DNA of 64,000 nucleotides, taken from Turneriella sp. (GTDB lineage Bacteria > Spirochaetota > Leptospiria > Turneriellales > Turneriellaceae). The notes beneath the pieces are model-generated. The model saw only the letters and a list, made by a program, of their open reading frames with translations. It had not been told where the DNA came from and did no database searches. The stretch covers positions 1,408,001 through 1,472,000 of the forward strand of contig CBDIID010000003.1 in the NCBI GenBank assembly GCA_965279515.1, given 5' to 3'. Below are positions 1 through 9,360 of the stretch, piece by piece (the first letter of the stretch is position 1; every line of letters starts with the position of its first letter). Made by a program: the position numbers and the translations under genes.

Positions 1-40
1 GGCACCTGCGTCAGCTCGCTCAGTCTTTTTGCCGTGATTC

Positions 41-1072
41 TCATGCTTTTTCAAAAAGGTAGTGGCTGACATTCCACTCTTCGCCGTTGCGGTAACGGAA
101 AAGCTCGGAGACCGCCAAAAAAAACACGCGCCAGTAGTTGATCCAGCGTCTGACTTCGGCGGGGCCATAGACTTCGGCAAAAATCTTTTCGATTTCCCCG
201 CGGTGTTTATCCATATTCTGCAGCCAATGTTCTGAGGTCAGATGGTAGTGTGTGCCTTTGAAGATGCGCTGCTCTTTCAGCGAAAAACCTTTTGCAAAAT
301 AAGCGAAGAGATGGTTCGACGGCATAATGCCTCCGGAGAAAAAATATCGGCCCATCCAGTCGTCGGGGCCGTTGTCTTCGAAGAGGTAGGGAAAATTCCG
401 GTGGGTGAAAATGTGTATGAAAAGTTTGCCATCCGCCTTGAGCCATGAGCGCACGCGCGCAAACAGCGCATCGTAATTGCGCATGTGCTCGAACATCTCG
501 ACAGAAACCACACGATCGAATTTTTCTTTGGGTTGAAACTTGTTCACATCGGCGGTGACGATTTTAAGATTTTTCAGGCCGCGCGCCTTCGCCACGCTGT
601 CAATGTAGACCTTTTGACTCGCCGAGTTAGAGACGCCGGTGATCTGCGCCCTGGGAAATTTTGCTGCCATATACAGGCTCAGCGAACCCCAGCCGCAGCC
701 GAGCTCGAGAATACGCTGCCCGTTTTCGAGCCGCGCCATCGCCGCGGTCTCGGCGAGCATGAAATCTTCGGCCTCATCTAAACTCTCGCGGCCGGTCGGG
801 TAATAGCAGCTGCTGTATTTGCGGTTTTTGCCGAGTACAAGCGCGAAGAACGCGGCGGGGATCTCATAGTGCTGCTCGTTGGCTTTTTCGGTGAGGACGG
901 CAATCTCGGAGCGGCGCAAATTTTCGACGAGCGCCATGGTCTTCGCCTGCGCCAGTTCAATGTTACCGGCACTGATTTCGCTGAGGCGCCTGCGGTTAAG
1001 CGCGCGGATACCCCGGCGGATGACAAAGTCGGGCAAAAAGCCCCGGGCCAGAAGTGTGTCGATCATGTCCAA
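41..1072 (-). CDS. SAM-dependent methyltransferase, cyclopropane-fatty-acid synthase/CMAS-like
   Basis: ANEQHYE, KYSSCYY, ILELGCGWG (SAM motif I) and VSVEMFEH motifs. TTG start at 1072 or ATG at 1066. Confidence 0.85.
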   Translation of the reverse strand: MDMIDTLLARGFLPDFVIRRGIRALNRRRLSEISAGNIELAQAKTMALVENLRRSEIAVLTEKANEQHYEIPAAFFALVLGKNRKYSSCYYPTGRESLDEAEDFMLAETAAMARLENGQRILELGCGWGSLSLYMAAKFPRAQITGVSNSASQKVYIDSVAKARGLKNLKIVTADVNKFQPKEKFDRVVSVEMFEHMRNYDALFARVRSWLKADGKLFIHIFTHRNFPYLFEDNGPDDWMGRYFFSGGIMPSNHLFAYFAKGFSLKEQRIFKGTHYHLTSEHWLQNMDKHRGEIEKIFAEVYGPAEVRRWINYWRVFFLAVSELFRYRNGEEWNVSHYLFEKA

Positions 1073-1132
1073 TGATATTAGTCAACTTTGGACAAAACGG
1101 CGATGAAAAAATCCCCCCAACCTTGGACAAAA
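1066..1132. promoter_or_regulatory. Repeated TTGGACA boxes in the divergent promoter region (putative operator)
   Basis: CAACTTTGGACAAAA at 1083-1097 and CAACCTTGGACAAAA at 1118-1132 (14/15 identical), plus inverted TGTCCAA at 1066-1072. Confidence 0.45.
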
Positions 1133-1276
1133 TAAGGGGAACGAGCTCCGGATGCCAGATACCCCGCTAAAAACCCATTTTCGACCCGAATTGCTTGAAA
1201 TAGAATAAGCCCGAATCTAATTTGTGTATACTGGTTTTATCAGGAGGTCGCGACGGATAGTTTAAAGGAGTTCAAA

Positions 1277-1924
1277 ATGAAGACAGGCACCCCATTACAG
1301 CAAACCATGCGTTTGATTCTGGCATGTGCATTAGCCGTACCGATCCTTGCAGGGAGGACTCTCATGGCGATTGAAGAACCGAAATTTGAGGTTATCGATA
1401 AGTTTTCCGGTATAGAAGTGCGCAGAGTGAGCGATTTCTGGGTCGTGGAAATCGAAATCGAAGGCAACGAGCAAGAAGCCGGCGACCAGGCATTCAGGCC
1501 ACTCTTCAAATACATTTCAGGTGCCAATGTGCAGGCTGAAAAGATAGCAATGACCGCCCCTGTAAATCAGCAACCCCAGGGTGAAAAAATTTCCATGACG
1601 GCACCGGTGAATCAGGCCAAGACCGCAGAGGGTAAGCATTCAGTATCCTTTGTGCTGCCTGCGGAATATAACAGCAAAAAGCCGCCGCAACCTGCGGATA
1701 ACCGCTTAAGGCTGCGCAAGGTTCCGGCACGCACCGTTGCAGTCATTCGTTATAGCGGCACCTGGAGCACGCAGCGTATGGCCGAAAAGCGCGATGCGTT
1801 ATTGTCGGCCGTCTCTGCACATCCCCGGTGGAAAATTCAGGGCACCCCAGTCTGGAGCCGCTTTGATCCGCCATTCATGCCCTGGTTTCTGCGGCGCAAC
1901 GAAGTGCAGGTAGAGGTCAGGTAA
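1277..1924 (+). CDS. SOUL heme-binding family protein, exported
   Basis: AFRPLFKYISGAN, KIAMTAPV twice, C-terminal PWFLRRNEV. AAGGAG RBS upstream and an N-terminal signal-like segment. Confidence 0.9.
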   Translation: MKTGTPLQQTMRLILACALAVPILAGRTLMAIEEPKFEVIDKFSGIEVRRVSDFWVVEIEIEGNEQEAGDQAFRPLFKYISGANVQAEKIAMTAPVNQQPQGEKISMTAPVNQAKTAEGKHSVSFVLPAEYNSKKPPQPADNRLRLRKVPARTVAVIRYSGTWSTQRMAEKRDALLSAVSAHPRWKIQGTPVWSRFDPPFMPWFLRRNEVQVEVR

Positions 1925-1939
1925 CGACGCCTGCGGCTC

Positions 1940-2356
1940 CTATCCGGTAGGCATCCGCTCGAACGATTGCAAGCCGGAATCCATGGCATCCCATGCGAGC
2001 CCGCGGATGCTGTAAGTGAGTACCTGTGGCACAAAGCGGCTGGGCTCGTCGAGGCTCGCCGCATGCACCGCGATCAGATCGGGCATGGCGGCAAAGCGCA
2101 GGTAGACCGGTGACCCGCATAGCGGGCAAAAGGAATGAGTCTTCATGTTGCCGCTGTCTCCCAAGACCTGCCAGTCCGTTGCCGCGCCGGTGATTTCCAT
2201 ATCGGCGCGCGCCGGGAAAGTCAGGTAAGAGCCATGCCCGGTGCCGCTGAGCTTCTGGCAGGTCAGGCACTGGCAGTGGTTCTGGAAAATCGGCGCGTGT
2301 TTGGTTGTATAGCGAACGCGACCGCAGGCACAGCCGCCGGTGTAGGGTTTGCTCAT
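1940..2356 (-). CDS. GFA (glutathione-dependent formaldehyde-activating/CENP-V) family protein
   Basis: GGCACGRVRY, CQCLTCQK and FCPLCGS zinc motifs. Confidence 0.9.
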   Translation of the reverse strand: MSKPYTGGCACGRVRYTTKHAPIFQNHCQCLTCQKLSGTGHGSYLTFPARADMEITGAATDWQVLGDSGNMKTHSFCPLCGSPVYLRFAAMPDLIAVHAASLDEPSRFVPQVLTYSIRGLAWDAMDSGLQSFERMPTG

Positions 2357-2817
2357 GGTGCGACCTTCGGCTTCGCAAAGACATCCATCCCCTCACCTGT
2401 TTCCAAAAGCGACTTGAGGCTGGAGAGAACAATGGGCCAACCTTGCCGTATACCCTTGTCCATACCGCTGCCGGCCTCGAGCTCGTCGTGCGTCACGATC
2501 AACTTCACCATGTCTTCATAGGACTCGAGGACAAAAGTCACGCGGCTGTGTGCCGCCGTATCTTCGGCTTGCTCAGGGTTCGCCCACGTGATGACGAGGC
2601 GCGTCGGCGGTATGACCTCGACAACCTTGCCGACGATATTCACCTTAGCATCGCTGGCGCGCACATGCTGCCATTCCGATCCGGGTTTCCAGTCGGATTG
2701 ATTCTCGTGCCCCCAGTAGCGCCGCGCCACCTCGGGCTTCGTGATGGCTTCGAAAACTTTTTCCGGTGTCGAGCGGATGTACGTCACGTAGACGAAGCTG
2801 GTTTTTTCTTTGTTCAT
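2353..2817 (-). CDS. SRPBCC/AHSA1-like domain protein
   Basis: YVTYIRSTPEKVFEAIT...GWPIVLSSLKSLLETG. Start taken at MNKEK (2817), just after the ArsR stop. Confidence 0.88.
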   Translation of the reverse strand: MNKEKTSFVYVTYIRSTPEKVFEAITKPEVARRYWGHENQSDWKPGSEWQHVRASDAKVNIVGKVVEVIPPTRLVITWANPEQAEDTAAHSRVTFVLESYEDMVKLIVTHDELEAGSGMDKGIRQGWPIVLSSLKSLLETGEGMDVFAKPKVAP

Positions 2818-2818
2818 T

Positions 2819-3139
2819 TTATTCTCTTTCTCCTTCAAGTTCCTTCTTCAGATCGTGCAGCAGGCTGAGCCGCTGCCGTTCAAATTTGCGCACCCAACGC
2901 TCATAGACTTCGTGCAGCGGCACCGGGTTGATAAAATGCAGCTTCTCGCGGCCGCGCCAGACTGTCGTCACGAGATTGGCTGCCTCGAGTATCCCGATGT
3001 GCTGCGTGGCCGATTGCCGCGCCATGTCGATCTGCTCGCAGAGCTGGCCGAGGGTCTGCCCGTTTTTTTGACAGAGCAGATCGAGCAGCCGCCTGCGCGT
3101 CGGATCTCCCAGTGCTTTAAAAACATTGTCAGCATCCAT
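2819..3139 (-). CDS. ArsR/SmtB family transcriptional regulator
   Basis: VFKALGDPTRRRLLDLL...HIGILEAANLV winged HTH. First gene of the ArsR-SRPBCC-GFA operon. Confidence 0.92.
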   Translation of the reverse strand: MDADNVFKALGDPTRRRLLDLLCQKNGQTLGQLCEQIDMARQSATQHIGILEAANLVTTVWRGREKLHFINPVPLHEVYERWVRKFERQRLSLLHDLKKELEGERE

Positions 3140-3165
3140 GGGTTGCGTTTATGCGCCAGACCAAT

Positions 3166-3185
3166 ATGCAGGCATTTACCTGCAT
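3166..3185. promoter_or_regulatory. Palindromic operator, probably the ArsR autoregulation site
   Basis: ATGCAGG-CATTTA-CCTGCAT, a perfect 7-6-7 inverted repeat 27 bp upstream of the ArsR start. Confidence 0.7.
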
Positions 3186-3348
3186 GTAAAACACAATAGC
3201 ATTTTGGGAATCTGAAAGACGCTACCGATAAGTCTTATCCAGCCAAAGCCGCCACCATTGCGTCCGCGAATGCTTGCTCATCGAACAAAATGCAGGAAGA
3301 CTGATTTTTAGTTGCCAACCCCTCGGAGTTTTCAGGGGGGAATGCGGC

Positions 3349-4257
3349 ATGAAAACACGACTACGCTTTTTGCAGGCTGATACGAAAGAAGTTTCAAACT
3401 GCGGGGAGCCACTCGTGATTCGCGAATCAGCAGCCAATCTGGAATGGCGCGGTATTTTGCTCGAAATTGGCTCGAGTCCCGAATTTCACCCGACCCATGT
3501 CTGCACCCCGTATTTTTACTTTGCACTCGATGTTAGTCCCGGTTTGGACTGGCAGGTGGAGCAGAATGGCATGCTCACCAAGCTGCACAGTTCCGAAGGC
3601 CAGATCTGGGTGAACCCGCCCTGGACACCCTTTACGCACGCCATTACTGAAGAATGCCATTTTCATATACTCGCCATTGAAGAAGAACGCTTTTTCGACG
3701 CGGCACGAATTACCGATACTGCCCGGCGCCGCAAATTGCAATTCCTGAGCCAGTATAATCTCGACGATGCTGTGTTGCGGCATTTTATAGCCCTCTTCGT
3801 CGAAGAGATGAAATCGGCTGGCCGCAACGGACCAGACTATGTTTCGACCCTTGTCGAAGGATTCGCAAAATATTATGTAGGGAATTACTCCGACATCACC
3901 GACACGGAGAGCGAGGCCGCCTCCACCCTGTGCGCGGAAGATCTTGCGGTCATTCGCGGGCATATGCTGCAAAATATCGGCGAAAGAATCACAATCGACG
4001 ACCTCGCCGCAGAGCTCGGCATGAGTAAATTCCGTTTTCTGCGCGAATATAAAAAACTCACAGGCGAAACACCCTACCAATTTCTGCAGAAACTCCGGTT
4101 GGCAGAAGCCGAACGTCTGTTGATGGATGCGAGAAAAGATCTAACGGCAATTGCACACGCACTGGGCTTCTACGACCATAGCCATTTTGCGAATTTTTTC
4201 CGCAAATTCAAGGGCATGTCGCCAAACGCTTTCAGAAAACGCAATTTTATACAATAA
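3349..4257 (+). CDS. AraC family transcriptional regulator
   Basis: C-terminal double HTH (ITIDDLAAELGMSKFRFLR...IAHALGFYDHSHFANFFRKFKGMSP). Start taken at MKTRL. Confidence 0.9.
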   Translation: MKTRLRFLQADTKEVSNCGEPLVIRESAANLEWRGILLEIGSSPEFHPTHVCTPYFYFALDVSPGLDWQVEQNGMLTKLHSSEGQIWVNPPWTPFTHAITEECHFHILAIEEERFFDAARITDTARRRKLQFLSQYNLDDAVLRHFIALFVEEMKSAGRNGPDYVSTLVEGFAKYYVGNYSDITDTESEAASTLCAEDLAVIRGHMLQNIGERITIDDLAAELGMSKFRFLREYKKLTGETPYQFLQKLRLAEAERLLMDARKDLTAIAHALGFYDHSHFANFFRKFKGMSPNAFRKRNFIQ

Positions 4258-4310
4258 CGGGCAACTATTTCCAAGCCGCGCCAGCCTACCAGGTGTTAGA
4301 TTCAAGCGCC

Positions 4311-6170
4311 ATGAAAACCTTGAAGATATTAGCTGGTTTGCTTGCATATGCAACCGTTCTATTGCAGTGTGGCAAAACCAAAAATACTGAAGCCGCCGCC
4401 ATTATTGAAACTGTCAGGGGTATATTTAAGAACGTCGATCAACGGGATTGGAAAAGTTTAGAATCCTTTTTGTCCCCGGCGGTCACCTTCGATTATACTT
4501 CGCTCGGAGGCGGTTTACCCTCGGTTGAGACCCCCACGTCGATTATCGCAAAATGGCAAGCGTTCCTCCCCGGTTTTTACAGTACGCACCACCAGCTCGG
4601 AAATTTTCGCGTAAAGGCCGACAATCTCGAGGGCAGCGCGGGCTTTTCAGGGCTTGCGCTGCACTATCTGCCGCAACCAGACAGAAAGAATATCTGGGTT
4701 GTTACCGGTACCTATGAATTCAGCGCCGTGAAAAGCTCCGAGGGTCTCTGGCAGATCAACGGCATGAAGTTCATTGTAAAACACCAGGCAGGTAATTCCG
4801 CGCTGGTGAAGCAGGCCAGAGAAAATGCTGCGCGAAAGAAGATTCCGGAAAAGGCTGGTGTCAATCCTGCGCTGGTAAAAACAGCCGACGCCTTTTTTGC
4901 CGCACTCGAAGAATTGAATATCAGCAAATTCATCGAACTATGGCAGAAAGACGGCAAACAAATTATGCCGCTCTCCCCTGAGGGATTTCCCAAAGAGCTA
5001 AGAGGTACGATTGCTATACGGAAACAATACGCCGGTCTTCCGGATAATTTCCATTCCATGAAATTCTCGCGGATGTATTTCGCGACCGCGGACGCAGACA
5101 GGATCATCGTTCAATACGGCGGAGAAATAGCACTCAAGTCGGGTGGAGAATATAACAATAATTATGTGGCGGTTATGCAAATCCGCGACGGGAAAGTAGC
5201 GGAATTCACCGAGTATTTCGATCCTGATATTCTCAGCGCGGCCTTCGGTGCGAAACTCGGCCCGAACTTCTCGGTCGAAACGCCCTTGCGTAAAGTCAGC
5301 TTCAAGAGCCGCGGAAAAAATCTTTTCGGTCATCTGCATCTGCCGCCGGATTTCTCAGAGAAGCAAAAATATGCCGGCGTTATCGTTACCGGCAGCTGGA
5401 CCACAGTCAAGGAGCAGATGCCTGATCTCTACGCGCGTAAACTGTCGCGGAACGGCTATGCCGTCCTGACTTTCGATTTCAGAAATTACGGAGAAAGTGA
5501 GGGGAAACCGCGCGACTTTGAGGAGCCGCACCGCAAGGCCGAGGATATCCAAAGCGCCGTTTCATATCTGAAGTCGTTACCTTTTATCGGCCCGGATATC
5601 GGCGGCCTGGCAGTCTGCGCCAGCGCAGGTTATATGGCCGAAGCGCTCGCGCAAGGCGTGACACTGCAACGCGTCGTCTTCGTAGCACCTTGGTTGCATA
5701 ACCAGCAGCTTGCTGCCCAGGTTTACGGCGGCGAAAAGGGAATTCTAGACCGGCTTAAAAAGGGCGACGAAGCAAAAAAGGAGTTCCTGAAGTCGGGTAA
5801 GACCGAGTATGTCGTTGCCGCAAGCGACACGGATTCGTCGGCCGCCATGTTCGGTCCCTTTGATTATTATCTGAACCCGAAACGCGGGAAAATTCCCGAG
5901 TGGGGCAACCGGTTTGCCTTGATGGCATGGCGCGAGTGGTTGACATACAACCCCATTGCCTATGCAGAGAGAATCACGACGCCAATACTGATTATTCACA
6001 GCAAAGAAGCGGCGATTCCCGAAGGTGCTGTGCTATTCTACAATTCACTGCGCGGAAAAAAAGAATTCCACTGGCTGTCGAAGGCAAACCAGTTTGACTT
6101 CTACGACAATGAATCTGTGACAAACCAATCGGTCGCGCTCGCCGAAACATGGCTACGCCGGCGGCAGTAA
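4311..6170 (+). CDS. Lipoprotein fusion: SnoaL-like domain + SnoaL/PhzAB-like domain + alpha/beta-hydrolase fold
   Basis: Lipobox-like LLQC. NVDQRDWKSL...THHQLGN (SnoaL_4-like). YNNNYVAVMQIRDGKVAEFTEYFDP (SnoaL_2-like). TFDFRNYGESEG and GLAVCASAGY (YcjY-like hydrolase). Confidence 0.75.
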   Translation: MKTLKILAGLLAYATVLLQCGKTKNTEAAAIIETVRGIFKNVDQRDWKSLESFLSPAVTFDYTSLGGGLPSVETPTSIIAKWQAFLPGFYSTHHQLGNFRVKADNLEGSAGFSGLALHYLPQPDRKNIWVVTGTYEFSAVKSSEGLWQINGMKFIVKHQAGNSALVKQARENAARKKIPEKAGVNPALVKTADAFFAALEELNISKFIELWQKDGKQIMPLSPEGFPKELRGTIAIRKQYAGLPDNFHSMKFSRMYFATADADRIIVQYGGEIALKSGGEYNNNYVAVMQIRDGKVAEFTEYFDPDILSAAFGAKLGPNFSVETPLRKVSFKSRGKNLFGHLHLPPDFSEKQKYAGVIVTGSWTTVKEQMPDLYARKLSRNGYAVLTFDFRNYGESEGKPRDFEEPHRKAEDIQSAVSYLKSLPFIGPDIGGLAVCASAGYMAEALAQGVTLQRVVFVAPWLHNQQLAAQVYGGEKGILDRLKKGDEAKKEFLKSGKTEYVVAASDTDSSAAMFGPFDYYLNPKRGKIPEWGNRFALMAWREWLTYNPIAYAERITTPILIIHSKEAAIPEGAVLFYNSLRGKKEFHWLSKANQFDFYDNESVTNQSVALAETWLRRRQ

Positions 6171-6193
6171 ACAAAATCTTAAAATCGGCGAGG

Positions 6194-7891
6194 CTATTTC
6201 AGGCGCACTGCCGTTAGCCCGTTGAGAATCCTGTCAATTTCATAGGTGATTTCTTTGATCTTTGCCGTACTTTTATTACATAGCAGAATGATGGCATCCC
6301 CCCCCTTCAGTTGCAACCAATTCATCGAATGATAGCCGCCGAAATTGCCGTCGTGGTAAATCACGCCGCGTTTGGGGTAAACATACCAACCCGGGGCATA
6401 TTCGGTTTCCTTCGTTTCAACCTTCGCCAGTGGTCGGATTAACCCTTTCCATTGCGCGGCGCTGAGCAGTTTTTTCTCCAATAGGGCCTGGTCGAAGCGC
6501 GCGATGTCGTCGAGGGTTGAGTACATTCCCCCCGCGCCGCTCGTCTTAAATGCATATTGAAACTTTTTTCCCTCAGCGTCGAGAGCCGGTATGGTATTCG
6601 CGGGATCCGTTTCTGCCGCAAAAAAACTCGCAGTCATTGCAGCAGGTGTGAAGATATTCTCGCGCACGAAGGCGGTGAATTCCTGGCCCGAAACTCGGGC
6701 GACAATCTCTGCGAGCAGCACATAGTTTGAATTCGCGTAATGGAATTTTACCCCCGGGCGGGTGAGCGGCTTCACTTGCGTCGCGAGAGCAGCGAGCGCA
6801 TCGGCATTCGTAAAGCCGGGTGCGGCCTTAACGAGTTTGTAATAGTCCTCGAGGCCCGAGGTATGCGCGAGCAAATGTTTGACCTGCACACCCTTGAGCA
6901 AATGTTTCAGCCCGGGGAAAAACCGTGCGACCGGGGTCGTATACGCAAGTTTGTGCTTTGCCTCGAGCTGCGCCACCGCGACAGCGGTCAGCGATTTTGC
7001 CGCCGAGGCGAGATAGAGCGCGTCGTCGGGTTTCACTGCATCGCCGAATGACTTGCGAAACACGACCTCGCCGTTGCGGATCACCAACGCATTGCCGTTG
7101 AATTCGCCTTTTTTATGGTACGCGGAAAGCAGATAGTCCAGGCGTGTCGGTATTTCGCCGCCGTCATACTTTGACTTGAGATTGAGATCAGCGAGTTGCG
7201 CGCGTAAGGGCTGCATGAATGATTCGCCGGGGTCGATTTTATCCGTGCGGTACTTGGTGTCTTTCTCTTCCCAGAGCGGTGTCTTTTCAAAACCGCGGTA
7301 CTCCGCATGCGCAATGAGATAGCGGATCGGGAATTTTTTCACGAGATGGCGCACGATGTAGGCGTTGGCATCGACCTGCGCCTTGGTGAGAGATTTTTCG
7401 TCCTTGCCGACGTTTTCGATACCGATGGCGTGGCGGTTGAGGCCAATCACATGACGGCCGATATGGTTCTCGGGCATGAGACGGTAGATCTCGCCGCCCT
7501 TGCCGACGAGAAACTGCACCGCGATGTTTGCGCCGCCGGCCTTTTTGAGAAGGCCCCTGCCCGACTCCATCTCTTCATTATTCATATATTTGAAAGAAAC
7601 CTCGAGCGAATCCATCGCCGTGTAATGAGACACCACCATCACAGGCAGCATCTCGAGTGAGTCGATCTCGCGGTCATAACGGTTGTTGATATATTTAATC
7701 GTTTCATCGGCCCGCCACTTCGAGAATGAGATTGGGCGGTCTTTAATCGGATCGGATTTACACGCGGCCAAACAAATCACAAAGAAAACCGGAAAATAAG
7801 AAACAAAACGGCAGAGACCGCAAAGTTTCGCAAAGGAAAAATACAAGCGGACTCTTTGCGAAACTTCGTTCCCTTTGCGGTCTACCCTCAT
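6194..7891 (-). CDS. Lipoprotein fusion: N-acetylmuramoyl-L-alanine amidase (Amidase_2) + serine beta-lactamase/PBP-like hydrolase
   Basis: Lipobox LAAC. Amidase Zn motifs VSHYT, IAHAE and KIDPG, plus IGIENVG. SxxK (SAAK), LLAHTSG, YAN and HDG motifs in the C-terminal domain. Confidence 0.8.
   Translation of the reverse strand: MRVDRKGNEVSQRVRLYFSFAKLCGLCRFVSYFPVFFVICLAACKSDPIKDRPISFSKWRADETIKYINNRYDREIDSLEMLPVMVVSHYTAMDSLEVSFKYMNNEEMESGRGLLKKAGGANIAVQFLVGKGGEIYRLMPENHIGRHVIGLNRHAIGIENVGKDEKSLTKAQVDANAYIVRHLVKKFPIRYLIAHAEYRGFEKTPLWEEKDTKYRTDKIDPGESFMQPLRAQLADLNLKSKYDGGEIPTRLDYLLSAYHKKGEFNGNALVIRNGEVVFRKSFGDAVKPDDALYLASAAKSLTAVAVAQLEAKHKLAYTTPVARFFPGLKHLLKGVQVKHLLAHTSGLEDYYKLVKAAPGFTNADALAALATQVKPLTRPGVKFHYANSNYVLLAEIVARVSGQEFTAFVRENIFTPAAMTASFFAAETDPANTIPALDAEGKKFQYAFKTSGAGGMYSTLDDIARFDQALLEKKLLSAAQWKGLIRPLAKVETKETEYAPGWYVYPKRGVIYHDGNFGGYHSMNWLQLKGGDAIILLCNKSTAKIKEITYEIDRILNGLTAVRLK
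7815..7883. repeat. 69-bp palindromic (REP-like) element in frame in the signal peptide of the amidase gene
   Basis: Outer arms AGACCGCAAAG (7815-7825) / CTTTGCGGTCT (7873-7883). Inner arms AAGTTTCGCAAAG (7823-7835) / CTTTGCGAAACTT (7854-7866). Length equals 23 codons. Confidence 0.75.
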
Positions 7892-9360
7892 TTTTCTCCA
7901 ATCGACGAAACCAACGCTTCAAGCACACCATCGCGACTCGCCAGAAAATCTGCCACTGACTCTGTGAGTTCGACATCGGGCATGAGACCCCTGCCCGGTA
8001 TCTGTCCCTTGACAAGCGGTGCGAAGCGCACCCGCGCCAGCGGCACGTCGAAAAAAACCCCGGTTTCGGGCAGGCGGTAAGTAATCAGCGTTTCGGCGGC
8101 GTGTCCGTCGCCCGCACTACCGGTTTCAGAGCCGACAAGCACAACCTTCGGGTTTGCGATTTTTAAGAGCCGGGCAAAATAGACACCTGCAGAATACGTC
8201 GCACGGCCAATCAGTACATAGATCTTTTGAAAACGATGTATGTCAGCAAGCGGCTGGATGTCAATATAGCGTGCGCCGGCTTTTCTCGTTGCAAAATAAC
8301 CATCCTGCATGACATCCGAAAATTCTGTCTGCAGGTACTTTTCGAGCTTATCAAAATCGGCCGGCGAAGCGCGCTGGCCGTTGATGGCAAGGGCGAATTC
8401 GCGGTACGGTAAAAGACGCGTGTGCACACTGCTGTCGCTCTTATCGGTGACCGGGGCTTCGATGAACCAGGCGGAAGATGCCGCGGCGAGCGGCATGACA
8501 CCGCCGCGGTTTTGCCTCAGGTCGAGAATCAGCGTTGCGACGCCGCGGCGGCGCGACTCGTTGTTGAATTGCCCGAAATATTCCATCCATTTCTCGAATG
8601 ACTGAAAAGGCGTTCCCGAAGGCATGAACGAATTGATGGCAAAATACGCGAGCTTATGTTTGTCCATAAACATAGAATGCAGAACCGGCTTCATGTATTC
8701 GCGGTCCAGACTCATACGCTTCACCGGTGCCGGATTTACACCGGGATCAAAAGCGATTTCGACGGGCTTGGATGGATTTCCCTTGAGCAGGCGCAGCCGC
8801 CACGGCGCGGTATCCTTGCCGCTCAGGAAATACCAGCTCGAAAACTGCTCGCTGAGATAAAACGAATCCCAGGCAATCTCACCGCTTCTCGCGCGCGGAA
8901 ACTCTGCAAAACCTTCGGTGATTTCGGCAATGCTCTTGCCGTTGATATGCGTCAGCTCTGCGCCGAAGGGGATATCCTTCTCTTTGGCGTCGATGTAGGC
9001 ACGGCCGTCAAAAAATTTCAAAGGGAGCGGAAAAAATCTGGATTTAAGGCCGAAGTTTTCGATGACTTCGGGCGGAAAACCGATCATCGTATGATCGACA
9101 TGGATACGGCCATAGTAGGCAAGAATGCGGCCGATAAAACTGCCGAGCGAGACGAGATCGCCCCCGGCAAAAATGTCGGGCGCATCGCGCACCGGAATCT
9201 GTTTGAATGCAGTGGCGTGCGAGCGCGCGAAGATCGCATTCATGATCTTAAAATCACGCAGCGCTGCGTCGCCGGGAATTCCCGCTTTGACTGCATACGC
9301 CAAAGAGACCGCAGCGGCAAAAACCAGGACGCAGCGGCCGGTTTTTTGCAGCGCCTTCAT
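7888..9360 (-). CDS. S41 family peptidase, exported
   Basis: Signal peptide, PDZ-like GAELTHINGK, ILDLRQNRGG, TYSAG catalytic Ser region, GSETG, GLMPDV. Confidence 0.8.
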   Translation of the reverse strand: MKALQKTGRCVLVFAAAVSLAYAVKAGIPGDAALRDFKIMNAIFARSHATAFKQIPVRDAPDIFAGGDLVSLGSFIGRILAYYGRIHVDHTMIGFPPEVIENFGLKSRFFPLPLKFFDGRAYIDAKEKDIPFGAELTHINGKSIAEITEGFAEFPRARSGEIAWDSFYLSEQFSSWYFLSGKDTAPWRLRLLKGNPSKPVEIAFDPGVNPAPVKRMSLDREYMKPVLHSMFMDKHKLAYFAINSFMPSGTPFQSFEKWMEYFGQFNNESRRRGVATLILDLRQNRGGVMPLAAASSAWFIEAPVTDKSDSSVHTRLLPYREFALAINGQRASPADFDKLEKYLQTEFSDVMQDGYFATRKAGARYIDIQPLADIHRFQKIYVLIGRATYSAGVYFARLLKIANPKVVLVGSETGSAGDGHAAETLITYRLPETGVFFDVPLARVRFAPLVKGQIPGRGLMPDVELTESVADFLASRDGVLEALVSSIGEK

